A stretch of 64,000 bases of DNA from Octopus vulgaris (Eukaryota): the NCBI GenBank assembly GCA_951406725.2, contig OX597820.1:72478001-72542000 (forward strand), written 5' to 3'. The notes under the pieces were generated by a model. It was not told the DNA's origin. It worked only from the letters and a program-made list of their open reading frames with translations, and searched no databases. Below are positions 11,480 to 24,478 of this stretch, one piece after another (the first letter of the stretch is position 1; each line of letters starts with the position of its first letter). The translations under genes were made by a program, and so were the position numbers.

Positions 11480-12811
11480 GTAATAATAATAATAATAACA
11501 ATAACAATATTAATAGCTAACATCTTATGCAAGAGACTATCTATTCAATAATACAACCTAAACAAAGCAACCCAGAAACACATGACACACTCTATACACC
11601 AATTACCCAGGGAAATAAGCTTCCACCAGCAAGCTAGATAACCAATGTATTACACATTCAGCAGTAGAAATTTACCTTAAACAATCAAATGTTGAACAGC
11701 AGCAACAATAACAATAACAATAATGGTTTCAAATTTTGGCACAAGGGCAGCAAGTCTGGAAGAGGGGGTAAGCCAATTACATTAAACCCAGTGCTTAACT
11801 AATACTTATTTTATCAACCCACAAAATAACGAAAGGCAAAGTTTTATCCTGGAAGAATTTGAACTCAAAACATAAAGATGGATAAAATTCCAGTAGGCAT
11901 TTCGCCTGGCAAAGACGGCGGCGGAGGCGGCAGAAGCAGCGGCAACAAAAACAGCAACAACAACAACAACAGCAGCAGCAGCAGCAACAGCAACAACAAC
12001 AACAACAAGTACCAGGTAGTGGTTCTCATGGCTTCTGATCTTGACTGACTGGAAGTATTATCATGTACATTGTTTTGTCTTGGTATAAAAGATGGGCTAC
12101 AGCAAATATTCTGCTCAATATCACAGATTTGCTTGTCAGTTGCAACCCATGCCAGCATGGAAAGCAGACGTTAAACGACGACGACAATGATGATGATGTA
12201 TTATCAATCCCAAGAGGATGAAAAGCCATGTTGAACTTGGCAGAATATGAACTTAAATGTAAAGAGTTGAAGCTGTAAGAAACAGCACTGGACATTTTTG
12301 TATGCTCTGCTAACAATTCTGCCGACTCACTGTTTTATTAGGAGACATAATAATGAAAATACATTTCTAGCCAACAAATCTCATTTAACATAAATCTACC
12401 TTTGTCTGAAGCAATTTATTCCACCATTATTAGAAAGAATTTGTTTTTGCATGCAAATTGCCGAACTGATTTTTAAGTAAACCTCTTACAATCAAAGGTT
12501 GTGTCACACAGTAAAGTAATAATCTAAGGCAGAAATAAAACCTTATTTTCTAAATTACTGGCCATATATTTTCTTTTTACCTTGACAAAATGCCAGTAAT
12601 CTTTTGTTTTATCTGACGAATTTACCTGCATTCTAGAATTTATCTTGTCAACATGTTTATTTTTAAAATGCTAAAATAGTACTCTATCATAGTCAAATGT
12701 CATCTTCAAAGTGGTTCTTTGGAAGTTTTGGATAAAATTCTTTTCCAATATTTATTTGAAAGACTGATTTGAAGCATACAGATAAATACATTTGAATTTT
12801 TAGAAATAATG

Positions 12812-12830
12812 TAGCAGCAGCAGCAGAAGC

Positions 12831-12916
<86 letters not shown>

Positions 12917-12933
12917 CAGCAGCAGTAGGAGTT

Positions 12934-12964
<31 letters not shown>

Positions 12965-12990
12965 CAGCAGCAGTACTAGTAGTAGTAGTG
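12812..12990. repeat. (AGT)n/(AGC)n trinucleotide microsatellite
   Basis: Direct inspection; source of the poly-Leu artefact ORF. Confidence 0.95.
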
Positions 12991-12999
12991 AGATTTGTA

Positions 13000-13176
13000 T
13001 GATATCACTCACACAGAAAGTGACACCGAGGTACACCTTGCAAAGTGGAGAAAAATCAAAATCATCTTTTACATATGGGAGGACCAAACATGAAGTAAAT
13101 GGTCTGATCTCAACAGTGCAGATATTCAGTAAGGATATTGGGATGGAATTTGGGACTAAAAAGTGTGGTATGCTTA
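13000..13176 (+). mobile_element. R4/Dong-type RT fragment
   Basis: GLISTVQIFSKDIGMEFGTKKCGML matches the R4-type RT motif FS.DIGMEFG..KC. Confidence 0.65.
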
Positions 13177-13416
13177 TATTCTTTTATTCTTTTACTTGTT
13201 TCAGTCATTCGACTGCGACCATGCTGGAGCACCACCTTTAGTCAAACAAATCAACCCCAGGACTTATTCTTTGTAAGCCTAGTACTTATGCTATTGGTCT
13301 CTTTTCCCAAACTGCTAAGTTATGGGAACGTAAATACACCAACATCGGTTATCAAGTGACAGTGGTGGTGGGAACAAACACAGACACACATACAAATATT
13401 ATACCAGTTTGTAACT

Positions 13417-13461
<45 letters not shown>

Positions 13462-13463
<2 letters not shown>

Positions 13464-13664
13464 TAAATCCCAAAAAAGAAGAACAACAAACACAAAAAAA
13501 AGCACAACAACACGTGTGCACGTGATACATGTAATGTTTTAGCAGATGCTCAGGAAAGGAAAGAAAGATGGTTTAATGTTTCGAGCAACGCTCTTCTTCA
13601 GAAACAGAGGAAAGTCCAATAGAAAGTAAGACGGAGGAAGAAAATCGCCAACGTTTCACATGTG

Positions 13665-13670
<6 letters not shown>
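13462..13670 (-). mobile_element. Short (TA)n-embedded Penelope-derived non-autonomous element
   Basis: Flanked by (TA)n on both sides; homologous to 45771-45945 and 53055-53238; carries a hammerhead motif. Confidence 0.6.
13571..13605 (-). ncRNA. Minimal type I hammerhead ribozyme motif
   Basis: Minus strand GTTT-CTGAAGA-A-GAGC-GTT-GCTC-GAAA-CATT-AAAC: stem I GTTT/AAAC, CUGANGA core, stem II GAGC/GCTC, GAAA; CATT is probably CpG-decayed CGTT. Confidence 0.7.
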
Positions 13671-13722
<52 letters not shown>

Positions 13723-13845
13723 GACAGGCATCTTTCAGTCTCCATCATTGAGTGTAAGGAAACATATTTACAAATTTTGAAGGGAGAAGATGAGAGACAT
13801 TATACAATAAATGAAAGAATATGTTAAGATTTTTAAAATACACTC

Positions 13846-13930
<85 letters not shown>

Positions 13931-14248
13931 TAATTGTATGGCTTATAAAACCCATAAAAAAGTGATGTTTAAATCTTGGATCAATAACTGTAATTTAATT
14001 GAAACTTCTTACTTATTAATATATAAAATAAGGATGCCAGTGCAGACATGGCATATAGGTGCGGGTGTGGCTGTGTGGTAAGAAGTTTCCTTCCTAACTA
14101 CATGGTTCTGGGTTTAGACAAGTATCTTCTACTACAATAGTAGGCTGATCAAAGCCTTGTGAGTGAATTTGGCATATAGGAAATCGATAGAAGTTCATTG
14201 TGTACATACATGTATGTATACACACACACACACACACAGATATATATA

Positions 14249-14735
14249 TTAGGTTGGCAGCTAAGTTCGCGCCGTTTTTTTAAATTCAAATTTTTTAAAA
14301 GGTTTAATAAAAAATAACAACTAATTAATCAATAATGTATTCATCCTTGTTGTTTACAACTTCTTCCCAACATTCAACAAGATTTTCAATACCTCGTTGG
14401 TAGAAATCACCCGATTTCGACTTGAAAAATTGATCCAACCAAGCTCTCAATTCTGCATCAGTATTGAGCGAAACTCTGCGCATAGCATTTGAAAGAGATC
14501 GAAAGCGGTGGAAATCTGTTGGTGCCAAATCAGGAGATTACGGCAGGTGTGGCAGCACTTCCCAGCTATGCGTTTGAATAGCTTCCTTGGTCATATTGGC
14601 AATGTGAGGGCAGGTGTTGTCGTGCAGCAGAGCTCCGTGCTGCCAACTAGGTCTTTTCTCTTGAATAGCTGAGTTGAGTCATTCCATCTGCTGAACATAG
14701 AGTTCAACATTGACTGTTTGGTTCTATTCTGTTCA
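14249..14735 (-). mobile_element. mariner (D,D34D) transposon 3' half, pseudogenised, with TIR
   Basis: HDNTCPH...WEVLPHLP*SPDLAPTDFHRFRSL...FYQRGIENLVECWEEVVNNKDEYIID; terminal TA|ttaggttggcagctaagttc. Confidence 0.85.
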
Positions 14736-15231
14736 AAAATATAAGGACACGGATCGTGTCATATAGCCAGCTGAAGACGATGTCTCTTGGGGCTAAATTA
14801 CAGCAACATTTGTCCTAAACTAGGACTGCCATATTATGCTAATAAATAATCTTTACTCCAAAGTACTGTTGCTGAATATCTCTCATTATGAAATTTACAA
14901 ATAGTAATTTTCTAAATGAATTTTGTTGAGGAAGATTTTTTTAAAGCTCAATCCTTTTCCTCTCACCAACCCTCACTTGTCTCCAAGCATGTTCTCTTTA
15001 TTCTTTGAACACAAACAGCATGAAGGCCAAATACATCTTTCCTGGAAGATCATGAATAAACTACCCTGCTTGTATGAAAGTAACATTTGTCTGCAATTAA
15101 TGCATGATATCAAAACAAGGAGACACAAACACATTCATGTGCGCACACATGTTCACACATACATGCATACAAATATACATACATGCATACATATATACAT
15201 ACATATATACATACATGTATACATGATGGGT

Positions 15232-15525
15232 AAAGACCCCCTTTGGTCATGAATAACTATGCGTTTGCACAAAGAAAGTCCGCCTCTGAAGCACAAGTCT
15301 GTACAAGGTTGTTTATGGAACTGATGTTATCCAAGGGAAAGGCAAAGGCTGATACGGCTTGGCACCAGTAATGTTGCAACTCATTTCTACAGCTGAGTGG
15401 ACAGGAGTAACGTGAAATAAAGTGTCTTGCTCAAGAACACAACACACAGCCTGGTGCTGGAATTGAACTCACTACCTCATGATTGTGAGCCCAATGCTCT
15501 AACCACTGAACCATGCATCTTCACA
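15232..15525 (-). mobile_element. SINE family C (tRNA head plus V/Meta-like central domain)
   Basis: Minus strand: atggttcagtggttagagc...gagttcaattcc...gtgttgtgttcttgagcaagacacttt...tccactcagctgtagaaatgagt; related heads at 30330-30510 (-) and 46022-46305 (+). Confidence 0.7.
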
Positions 15526-15628
15526 TACATACATATACATTAACATATATACATATATGTATGCATGCATAGGTACATAAGAGTCCTTTCCGAGCTATAA
15601 GCTCATCAGGCCAGTTTCATGGATTCAT

Positions 15629-15975
15629 AAGTTGGTAGGTAGGTCGTAGGTAAGCAGGTAAGAAGTAGGCAGGTCACAGGTATGCCATAGGTAAGTAGAT
15701 CAAAGGTAGGTAGGTAGGTTAGAGTTAGATATTTTGTACATAGGTCATAAGTGGGTAGGTTGTAGTTGGGAAGGTCATTGGAAGGTAGGTCATAAATAGA
15801 ATTTGCAAGTTGGTAGGTAGGTCATAGGTAAGCAGGTAAGAAGTAGGCAGGTCATAGGTATGCCATAGGTAAGTAGATCAAAGGTAGGTAGGTAGGTTAG
15901 AGTTAGATATTTTGTACATAGGTTATAAGTTGGGAGGTTGTATTTGGGGAGGTCATAGGAAGGTAGGTCATAAGT
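15629..15975. repeat. Two-copy 178-bp tandem repeat built from ~15-bp ggtaggtcata-like subunits
   Basis: aagttggtaggtaggtc begins at 15629 and 15807, and the units are near identical. Confidence 0.85.
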
Positions 15976-16337
15976 AGCCATGTCAAAATTCTTCCCTTAT
16001 CATTTCCTTCCAAATGCAGGAATATTTCAGACAGAAATAGCTCTCCTGTAATCTTAACCGATCTTAATGGCAATCACCGAATGCTGAAAGTGTAACCCTA
16101 AGACTACAATTTAATAATCTGCCACCTGACTAATTAGATCTAACTCATGACTCACAATCTAATTAAATATTCTATCATAATTGTCATGGACCAGTTTATT
16201 GGTTAGCCTAGAGGAAATTGTGGAAATCAAAACTGTTAAATAAAGCAATTGAAAAATTGACAGAATTTTCATTAAAACTTGACTGCGTGTTTGAGTATAC
16301 CGTAACATGATTTGAACAAAACACAATCAATTGAAAC

Positions 16338-16700
16338 ATCATTATCCTCATCAACATCATCATTATCGCCATTGCCATAATCATCCAAAACTTTGTTGTC
16401 AGTGCCATCATCACCATCACAATCACCATCATCATCATCTCCATCATCATCACCATAATCTCCATCATCATCACCATCAACATCATTATCCCTATTGTCA
16501 TCATCATCATCCATATCAGTGTTGTCAGTGCCGTCATCACCATTACAATCACCACCACCATCATCATCATCATCACCATCATTATCATTGCCATTATCAT
16601 TACCATCATCATCATCACCATTATCATCATCATCCACATCATCCACATCATCCTCATTGTCATCATCTCCATAATCCTCATCGCCATCATCTTCATCTTG
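16338..16700. repeat. Degenerate (CAT)n microsatellite
   Basis: Direct inspection; gives poly-His/Asp/Met artefact ORFs. Confidence 0.9.
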
Positions 16701-17079
16701 CAGTACCTTGGGCAAGTGTCTTCTACTATAGCCCCAGGCCAGTGAAAGTTTTGTGAGTCAATTTTGGTAGCTGGAATCCGTCGAAGCCCATAAAAGCACT
16801 CATGTCAGTGCCATGTTTGAAGCACCCATGCCAGTCCCACATAAAAAGGGCCCATGCCAGTGTCACATAAAAAAGCACCCTTACTGATACCATGTACAAA
16901 GCATCTGCACTGGTGCCACATAAAAAGCAACAGTACATTCTGTAAAGTGGTTGGCATCAGGAAGGGTATCCAGCAATAGAAACCATATTAAAACAAACAG
17001 CTGGAGCTTGGCGCAGCTTTACAGCTGGTCAGCTCCTGTCAAACCTTCCTAGAAAACAAATGTTAAATGATGTTGATGT

Positions 17080-17110
<31 letters not shown>

Positions 17111-17212
17111 GATGTGATTTTCTCTATCCATATTTTTGCTGTCTAATACTCAGAATTTTTCGGACTTCTTCTAAATGATTTTTGGATCAGCATGTCATAC
17201 ATGTGTGTGTGT

Positions 17213-17274
<62 letters not shown>

Positions 17275-17368
17275 CTATATGTATGTATGTATATGTATAT
17301 ACATATATATATATACACATAAATATAAATATATATATGTACACAAGCATCATATATATATATATATA

Positions 17369-17496
17369 CCGGAGTAAACACATAAATGTGAAACAAAGTG
17401 GAAAAAAGAGTACTCAAATACCAGTGGTAGAGTAATATGCTTTATTTAAAGCAGCAGAAAAATTCAACCTTGAATTTTCTGCTGCTTTAAATAAAG
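17369..17496. repeat. (TA)n-embedded short element ending in a 57-bp fold-back
   Basis: ctttatttaaagcagcagaaaaattcaa-cc-ttgaattttctgctgctttaaataaag (17440-17496), one bulged base. Confidence 0.85.
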
Positions 17497-17667
17497 TATA
17501 TATATATATATATAAATTTATATCTAATATAGGATAACATTTTCAAAAAAAATTTATCAATGGCCAGCATATTAAAAAATACCTTTAAAGGTTAAATTTG
17601 TAAACAATTTATAAACATATATATATGTATGTATGTATGTATGCATGCATGTATGTATATATATATA

Positions 17668-18445
17668 TAATTAAAATCACAATAAGGTTGAAAAAATTGA
17701 ATATTAATTAATAACATCAATTTAAAACACCAAGTGGCCAAGCGTAAAAAAACTGTGATACAGTAAAAATTATTAATACAAGTAATAAGAGAGAGACCAC
17801 ATGTGGTCACTCTAACGCTAGAAATAGATCCGCAAAGGGAATCCACCACTAAAGAATTGTTCTCAAAGCATTAATTCAACACGCCAAGAATGTGAGCAGG
17901 CAGGACAGACGAAAAATAGATTAACTCTATACAATTGTTTCATCGTTAATAGATTGTGTAATTTTACTTACATAATCATTTTCGAATCCTCAGTAGAGTA
18001 TATCAAAAATATAATTTGCTGAACCGAACGCCAAAATCCATACGAAGCCGAGCAAAGGCAAACGGCACAGCTGATTATATTTGCAGTTACGTTCAAATAT
18101 CCTCATTTTTGGCGCGTTGAAAATACCGGATGTAAATACTATCCCAGTAATTTACTGCCGGTTTGAGAACATATTAATTTATAATTAAAATCACAATAAG
18201 GTTGAAAAAATTAAATATTAATTAATAACATCAATTTAAAACACCAAAGGCAAACGGCACAGCCGATTATATTTGCAGTTACGTTCAAATATCCCCTATG
18301 TTTTCGTTATTTTTCATTTGTCCTGCCCGCTCACATTCTTGTCATGTTGAATTAATGCTTTGAGAACAATTCTTTAGTGGTGGATTCCCTTTGCGGATCT
18401 ATTTCTAGCGTTAGAGTGACCACATGTGCTCTCTCTCTTATTACT

Positions 18446-18450
<5 letters not shown>
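17668..18450. repeat. Rearranged (TA)n-embedded element with ~140-bp inverted repeats and internal direct duplications
   Basis: 17777-17918 is the reverse complement of 18309-18450; 17668-17735 recurs at 18182-18247, and 18053-18103 recurs at about 18245-18295. Confidence 0.8.
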
Positions 18451-18487
<37 letters not shown>

Positions 18488-19524
18488 TGTCCTGATATCT
18501 AAAAATAAGAAATAGGACATTTTTTTTTTCAAATTGATGAATAATTAAATTATTTGATTTAAGTTTCTCATAAAGTATTTATTATTTTGATCTTCTTATA
18601 ATTACAACAATTATCTAACACTGTTAATAGGTTGCAAGGAGAAAAAATAGCAAAGACTTTTTTTTTCTTTTTTTAATTTCTCCCTCTGATAAAGAAACTA
18701 TTTGATTACATGGTCTGTTGTTAAGTACAGAGTTGATTATACAGTGTAGATGCTGGAATAAAAGCACGATAAAATAAATTCTGTTCACGTTTATAAGCTA
18801 GACAATTAAGGAAAACAGTCAGTAAAATCACAGCAACATATTTTGTATTCTAAATTGTGTTTTATGCTTATATAAAAAAAAGCAGTTCTTTTGTCTTTAA
18901 AATTTTTAGGTGAGAATCAAGAAGTGAAGTGGGTGAAAATAATCTGTCTTTACTTGTTTTAGTCATAGGATTGCGGCCATGCTGGGGCACTGCCTTAATA
19001 AATCAATGTCAGTACTTATGTTTTACTTAAAGTCTGGTACTTGTTCTGTTAAATGCTTTTGTTGAACTGCTAAGTTGCAGGAATGTGAAAAAAAACACCA
19101 ACAGTTGTCAAGTGGTGGTGGTGGTGGTGGTGAAAGACAAACACTGACACACACACAGACACACATATGATGGCTTCCACTCAATTTCCATCAACCAAAT
19201 TCACTCAAAAAATAATAGTTGACCCTGGGCTATTGTAAAAGACATGTACCCAAGGTGCCACACAGTGGGATTGAACCCAAAGCCATGGGGTTGCAAAGTG
19301 ATCTTGTTAACCACACAGCTGTGCCTGTGCATTCACAGTTGGTAGGTTTCTTCTTTTTAAAAAATGAATACAAAGACATAATTAAATGATCTGGGATCTA
19401 ATTTCCCCTCACAGTGCCTCAAGCAATTATGTTTCTTTTGTAGAATGTAATCATGGCTTAATCAAATACCTTGTGAGTGGAATTTGGTTAATGGAAACTA
19501 TGAGGAAGCCTACAGCATATGAAT

Positions 19525-20375
19525 AGAGCCAAAAGTGAAAAAATGTGGTTGTTCTAACTGTGGAACAAGCCCCCACCTTTTGAATGGTTCAAAATTCCAC
19601 TTTAAACAAGATGAAATATTTAAGATCAAATCAAATTTCACTTGTGCCTCGGAAAATCTAAACTATGCCATGACATGCTTAGGATGTGGTAATAACTATA
19701 TTGGGCAAACAGGAATATCTCTCTGTCGAAGAACCAGTATCCACAAAGAACAAATCCGCCACCCACAATACAGACATTTTCAAGTTAGTGAACACAGAAA
19801 GGTGTGCTAGGAATCTTAATCCTAATTTCCAAATTTTCCCCTTCTATCAATGTTCACAGAACACCTCAATGCAACAAAGAATGAATAAAGAGGCAACTTT
19901 CATCAATAAATATCTTCCCCAACTAAATATGAACAGATAACATAATACAGAACACTATTAACCCTTCAATTAATACCACTAACCCCTATACATCCCTTAC
20001 ACCATTCACATTACAATTCTATATGTAACCTAATTGCACCAAATCCAGAACTACTTACATCCCTTATAAATAATCTTTTTACTCAGGAACTATTAGACCT
20101 GACACCGTTCATTTACTGGTGTTCATTCAAAGTAATGAATAGTAACTTACGAAACCGTCGGTATGCTTGAATCTCTTTAATAATCTCACAATAATGACTT
20201 TTATTACTTTTATTCCTACCTCAGTTCATCTAATTGTATATATCTTTCGTTACTTTTCATAAAAAGCATTTACTTTTTTTATTTACAATGTGCATTTTCG
20301 TTGATTTTTCTTACTTTCCCATTACATTACAACACGTGTAGTTTCTATTTTCTTTTTGTAACATATTTCTATTAT
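19525..20375 (+). mobile_element. Penelope-like element 3' fragment: GIY-YIG endonuclease (frameshifted) plus 3' region
   Basis: KCGCSNCGTSPHL...SNFTCASENLNYAMTCLGCGNNYIGQTG..L.RR.SIHKEQIR...VSEH, continuing RMNKEATFINKYLPQLN*; Cys-rich linker as in Neptune-type PLEs; ends at (TA)n. Confidence 0.85.
20126..20171 (+). ncRNA. Decayed hammerhead ribozyme motif in the Penelope 3' region
   Basis: ttcaa-ag-TAATGA-ata-GTAA-c-TTAC-GAAA-CCG-t-CGG-TA-tgc-ttgaa: stem II, GAAA, stem III, GUA triplet and stem I are recognisable; the CUGAUGA core is damaged. Confidence 0.5.
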
Positions 20376-20388
20376 ATATATATATATC

Positions 20389-20633
20389 TTAGACAAAATG
20401 AGATAACAAAACCAAGGCTGTGAGTAGTTTTCAGGACATTTATAAGGAAAAGATATAGATATAGTCTTACAGGTGTTTCTGGGATATTATAGATCCCTTC
20501 ATCGGAGACGATATAAGATGAAGGGATATCCATAATATCCTAGAAACAGTTGTAAGACTACTTCTATATATTTTTCTTCAAAATGTCCTGAAAACTACTC
20601 ACAGCCTTGGCTTTGTATTCTCATTTTGTTTAA
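20389..20633. mobile_element. Fold-back (inverted dimer) Penelope-derived element between (TA)n runs
   Basis: ~115-bp imperfect inverted arms (ccaaggctgtgagtagttttcaggacattt / aaatgtcctgaaaactactcacagccttgg); each arm has a hammerhead motif. Confidence 0.75.
20464..20509 (-). ncRNA. Minimal hammerhead ribozyme motif (mirror copy on + at 20517-20558)
   Basis: Minus strand GTCT-CCGATGA-A-GGGAT-ctataat-ATCCC-a-GAAA-CACCTG-TA-AGAC; plus copy GATGA-A-GGGATAT-ccata-ATATCCT-a-GAAA-CAGTTG-TA-AGAC. Confidence 0.65.
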
Positions 20634-20774
20634 TATATATATATGCATGCTAATACAAGGCTCACATTAGACTCCTCACTCATATCACTATCGAACCAAG
20701 AGTTTAATAATGGTCTGTCCATAGCACTTACTTAGCATTACCTGCCACTGTTTGGGTCTTCTAGATACCAATAC

Positions 20775-20814
<40 letters not shown>

Positions 20815-21125
20815 CACACATAGCAGGAGCTGATACATCAGTACGGAATCTAAGGCAGGCAGGTACAGTACAGTGTGAGCCAAATGAAGTCGGATTTTGA
20901 GTTTTTGTTGAGTGTCCTCTCTGCAAAGCTCTGACTGGGTTTAGAGTTACTGACAGCAAAGTGAAGAAACCATACATTCTGTCACTGAAGCTGTAGAGGT
21001 CACAAGATGACTTTGGTTAAAGAGGACAGATCATGGGTGTGCTACTTCCGGGATGGAATTTGATTAAACCCAACTGAGTCAACTGGGTAAGATGAAGCTT
21101 AAGGGATACTGAAAGAACTGTATAC

Positions 21126-21515
21126 ATTCTTTTATTTGTTTCAGTCATTTGACTGTGGCCATGCTGGAGCACCGCTTTTAGTCAAGCAACTTGAACCCAG
21201 GACTCTTTCTTTGTAAGCCTAGTACTTATTCTATCAGTCTCTCTTGCCGAACTTCTAAGTTACGGGGATGTAAACACACCAGCATTGGTTGTCAAGCGAT
21301 GTTGGGGGGGGGGACAAACACAGACATACAAACATATACATATATATATATGACGGGCTTCTTTCAGTTTCTGTCTACCAAATCCACTCACAAGGCTTTG
21401 GTCGGCCTGAGGCTATAGTACAAGATACTTCCCCAAGGTGCCATGTAGTGGGACTGAACCTGGAACCATGTGGTTGGTAAGTAAGCTACTAACCACACAG
21501 CCACTCCTGCACCTA
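21126..21515 (-). mobile_element. SINE family A, full length
   Basis: Reverse complement of the family-A head, CORE-like domain and tail. Confidence 0.85.
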
Positions 21516-21838
21516 TATACTTATTTTGCATTTCATACCCAAATTATTTTCTATAATACATTTAACATGTATAATTTGATTATCAGCATAACTGTCTCTT
21601 TACCTGCTCAATTTGATCCCTCTTATGAACTTTCTTTACCTTGTGGAATCAATCCTCTGTAAAGAATTTGGAGTCTAAGTTTGAATCTTTTGAGCATTAC
21701 TATCTTCTATATAGAAAATCTCTGGATCTCATCTGTGATCTGTGTGTGTGTGTTTATTATATATATATTTTTTTATATATATATTCACACAAATAATATA
21801 CATACATACACACACATGTATGTATGTATGTATGTATG

Positions 21839-21880
<42 letters not shown>

Positions 21881-22984
21881 CATACACACATACATATATA
21901 TACATAGAAATATATACATACATGCACACACAATCACACATACATGTCTGTATGTGTGTCTGTACATGTTTTACCATTGTAAATTGATGCTTTGAATGCA
22001 TCTGTTTTATGCCAAAATGTTGCTATCAATAACTAAAGATCAATAACATAGAGCCAGACTGAAATAATTACTATGGTTGCTATGCATGACTATAAAAACA
22101 TTGATGGTGGTGCTGTAGCATGGCCAGAATCAAATGACTGGAGCTTGTAAGAGAAGATAATAGAGTACAATGAGACCGAGGAATTGCAGAAAGTTCTGAA
22201 CAATGGACTGAACTTCTTATAATATTCTGTTATACTCATCAATGTCCCAAGTTCAAATTCTGCAAGGGAAAGACTTCACTTTCCATTACTCTAAAATCAA
22301 TAAAATAAGAACTTTTTAATTCAATGGAGAGGAAGCAATCAACCAATAGATTCCATGACAAATTTTTAGCTTAAAAAGTACCCTTGATGGTGCCACATGA
22401 AAAGCACCCATGTCAGCATCTTATGAAAAGCACCAGTACCAGTGGCCTTGTAGAATATGCCGAGGTTCATGCCATGTAAAGTGCAGTCATGCTGGTGCCA
22501 CTTAAGAAATGCTTCTACTGATGCCAGGTAAAGAAGCACTGGTGCTGGCTTTATGTAAACAACATCCATACCAGTGCCACATAAAGCACCCAGAACACTA
22601 TAAAGCGGTTGGCATTAGGAAGAACATCCAGCCATAGAAACCATACCAAAAGAAATGACAGGAGCCTTGTGCAGTTCTTCAGCTTGCCAGCTCCTGTCAA
22701 ACCATCCAACCTATGCCAGCATAGAAAATGGATATTAAACGATGATGATGATGATGTACATCATCAATATCATCATCATCATTGCTTTAACATTCACTTT
22801 TCTGCATTTGTATGGGTCAGATGGAATTTATTGAAGTAGATTTTCTAGAGCCAGAAACTAAAAGGGCCATTATGTACATATGCACATGTGTGTGAAACTG
22901 CTCATGTCTCTTAGACACGAAAATATGTGTATTGGATCCTATCAAACCATCCAACTCTTACCAGTTTGGAACATAAATGTTGAA

Positions 22985-24478
22985 GGATAATGAGCAAGAA
23001 AGAAGACAAAATTCTGTTCCCGCTTGATAAAAGGCCTTGCTCAATATGTAGGAAAAGTGTTGGAAGTAATTCCATTTGCTGCATCCAGTGTAAGCTATGG
23101 ATACATAAGAGATTCAGTGGACTCACAGGTAATTAACAGATAAAGTGGTCTTCGTATGTGGCAGATGTGCAGGAACAATAAGCAGTAAGAGCACATGAGA
23201 CTTAGATTCTCTCAAAGATCCAGGAGGCTCACTTGAGGTTGAAGATAGTTTTCATTATCTAGGTGACCAAATTAGCAATAGTGGAGGATGCTCTGAAAGT
23301 ATTGTTTCCAGAATAAGAATAGAATGGAGGAAGTTCAGTGAGCTATCACCTTTGTTGGCAACAAAAGTGCTCTTCTCAGAGTGAAAGGTAAACTATATGA
23401 TGCCTGTGTGCAAATGGCTGTACTCCATGATAGTGAGACATGGACTCTGAACACAGAAAACATGCATAGACTGGAGAGAAATGAAGGCAGTATGTTCCAT
23501 TGGTTGAGTAATATCAGTGTGCATCTATGACAAAGTGCAAATGTATTGGGAGGAAAGTAGCATGCAAAAGAGAAGACTACATTGGTTTGGACTACAAATG
23601 AAGACAGTTGCATAAAGAAATACAAGACGTCTGGTGATATGAAGTTCTTGAGAAAACCTGATTATGTCAGCAAAACTGAGTTCTCGGAGCACTGTGCGTT
23701 CCACCCACATATAAGGAAACTTTCCACACACCCTACCCCCAACAAATCAAACTACATCTCTTCTCTTCCTCACATCTCTCTCATGCCCTCTGCTTATCTC
23801 TCACTCCCCAATCCTGTCTTCTCAGTCCTGTTCACTGTATCATTGCTATGCAGTAGCCCCACCCCGCTGCCTCTATATACCCAAGTTTTCACCACTCACT
23901 ACATTCCTTGCCACCACCACCATCACTCTCTACTCATGCTTCTTTGGCAATGCCCTACCACTTATATCATGATTTCTGTACCTCAAGGGTATGCTTGGGC
24001 TCTTGCCGCCATCTCTCTCTCTCTCTCTCTTCTTTTACTTCATCATCCCATTTCTCTCCCTTTCTCCTGCTCTTCCCTCAACACACCTGTTTCTGTCCTC
24101 ATCTCTCTCTCCCTCTTTCTCTTGCCATGTAACCATGTACCTCCCCTACAGCAAGACACCTACTTCTACCTCTCTGTTTCACTCTAACCGTTCATCATCT
24201 GACAGAAGATCACCCCCCCTCCAATGCCCCCTCCTCCCTCAAAGGATCTTTGTCATGCAAGTTACTTGGTGATCCTGCCAGTGCTGGTGACACAGAAAAA
24301 GCAACCAGTGCACTCTCGGAGTGGTTGGCATTGGGAAGGGCATCAAGCTGTAGAAACCATACCAAACCAGACTGGAACCTGGTACAGCTCTCTGGCTTAT
24401 ACCAGTTCCAGTCTAACTGTTTAACCCATGCCAGCATGGAAAGCAGACGCTAAATGATGATGATGATGATGATGATAA
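22985..24478 (+). mobile_element. Old, decayed RTE LINE 3' portion (PHD-type finger, RT C-terminal region, 3' UTR, (GAT)n tail)
   Basis: NSICCIQCKLWIHKRFSG, LEVEDSFHYLGDQIS..GGCSESIVSRIRI.WRKFSEL and RVKGKLYDACV..AVLHDSETW are homologous to the ORF at 44063-45637, with stops and frameshifts. Confidence 0.8.

Noticed and set aside
16208-16756. Asp-rich, His-rich and Met-rich ORFs suggesting biomineralisation or metal-binding proteins
   Set aside because: Several frames are open because of a degenerate (CAT)n tract; it runs into a SINE and has no splice support. The same applies to 57157-57722.
23582-24187. 201-aa hydrophobic ORF
   Set aside because: Lies in the pyrimidine-rich 3' part of a decayed RTE; no domain signal.
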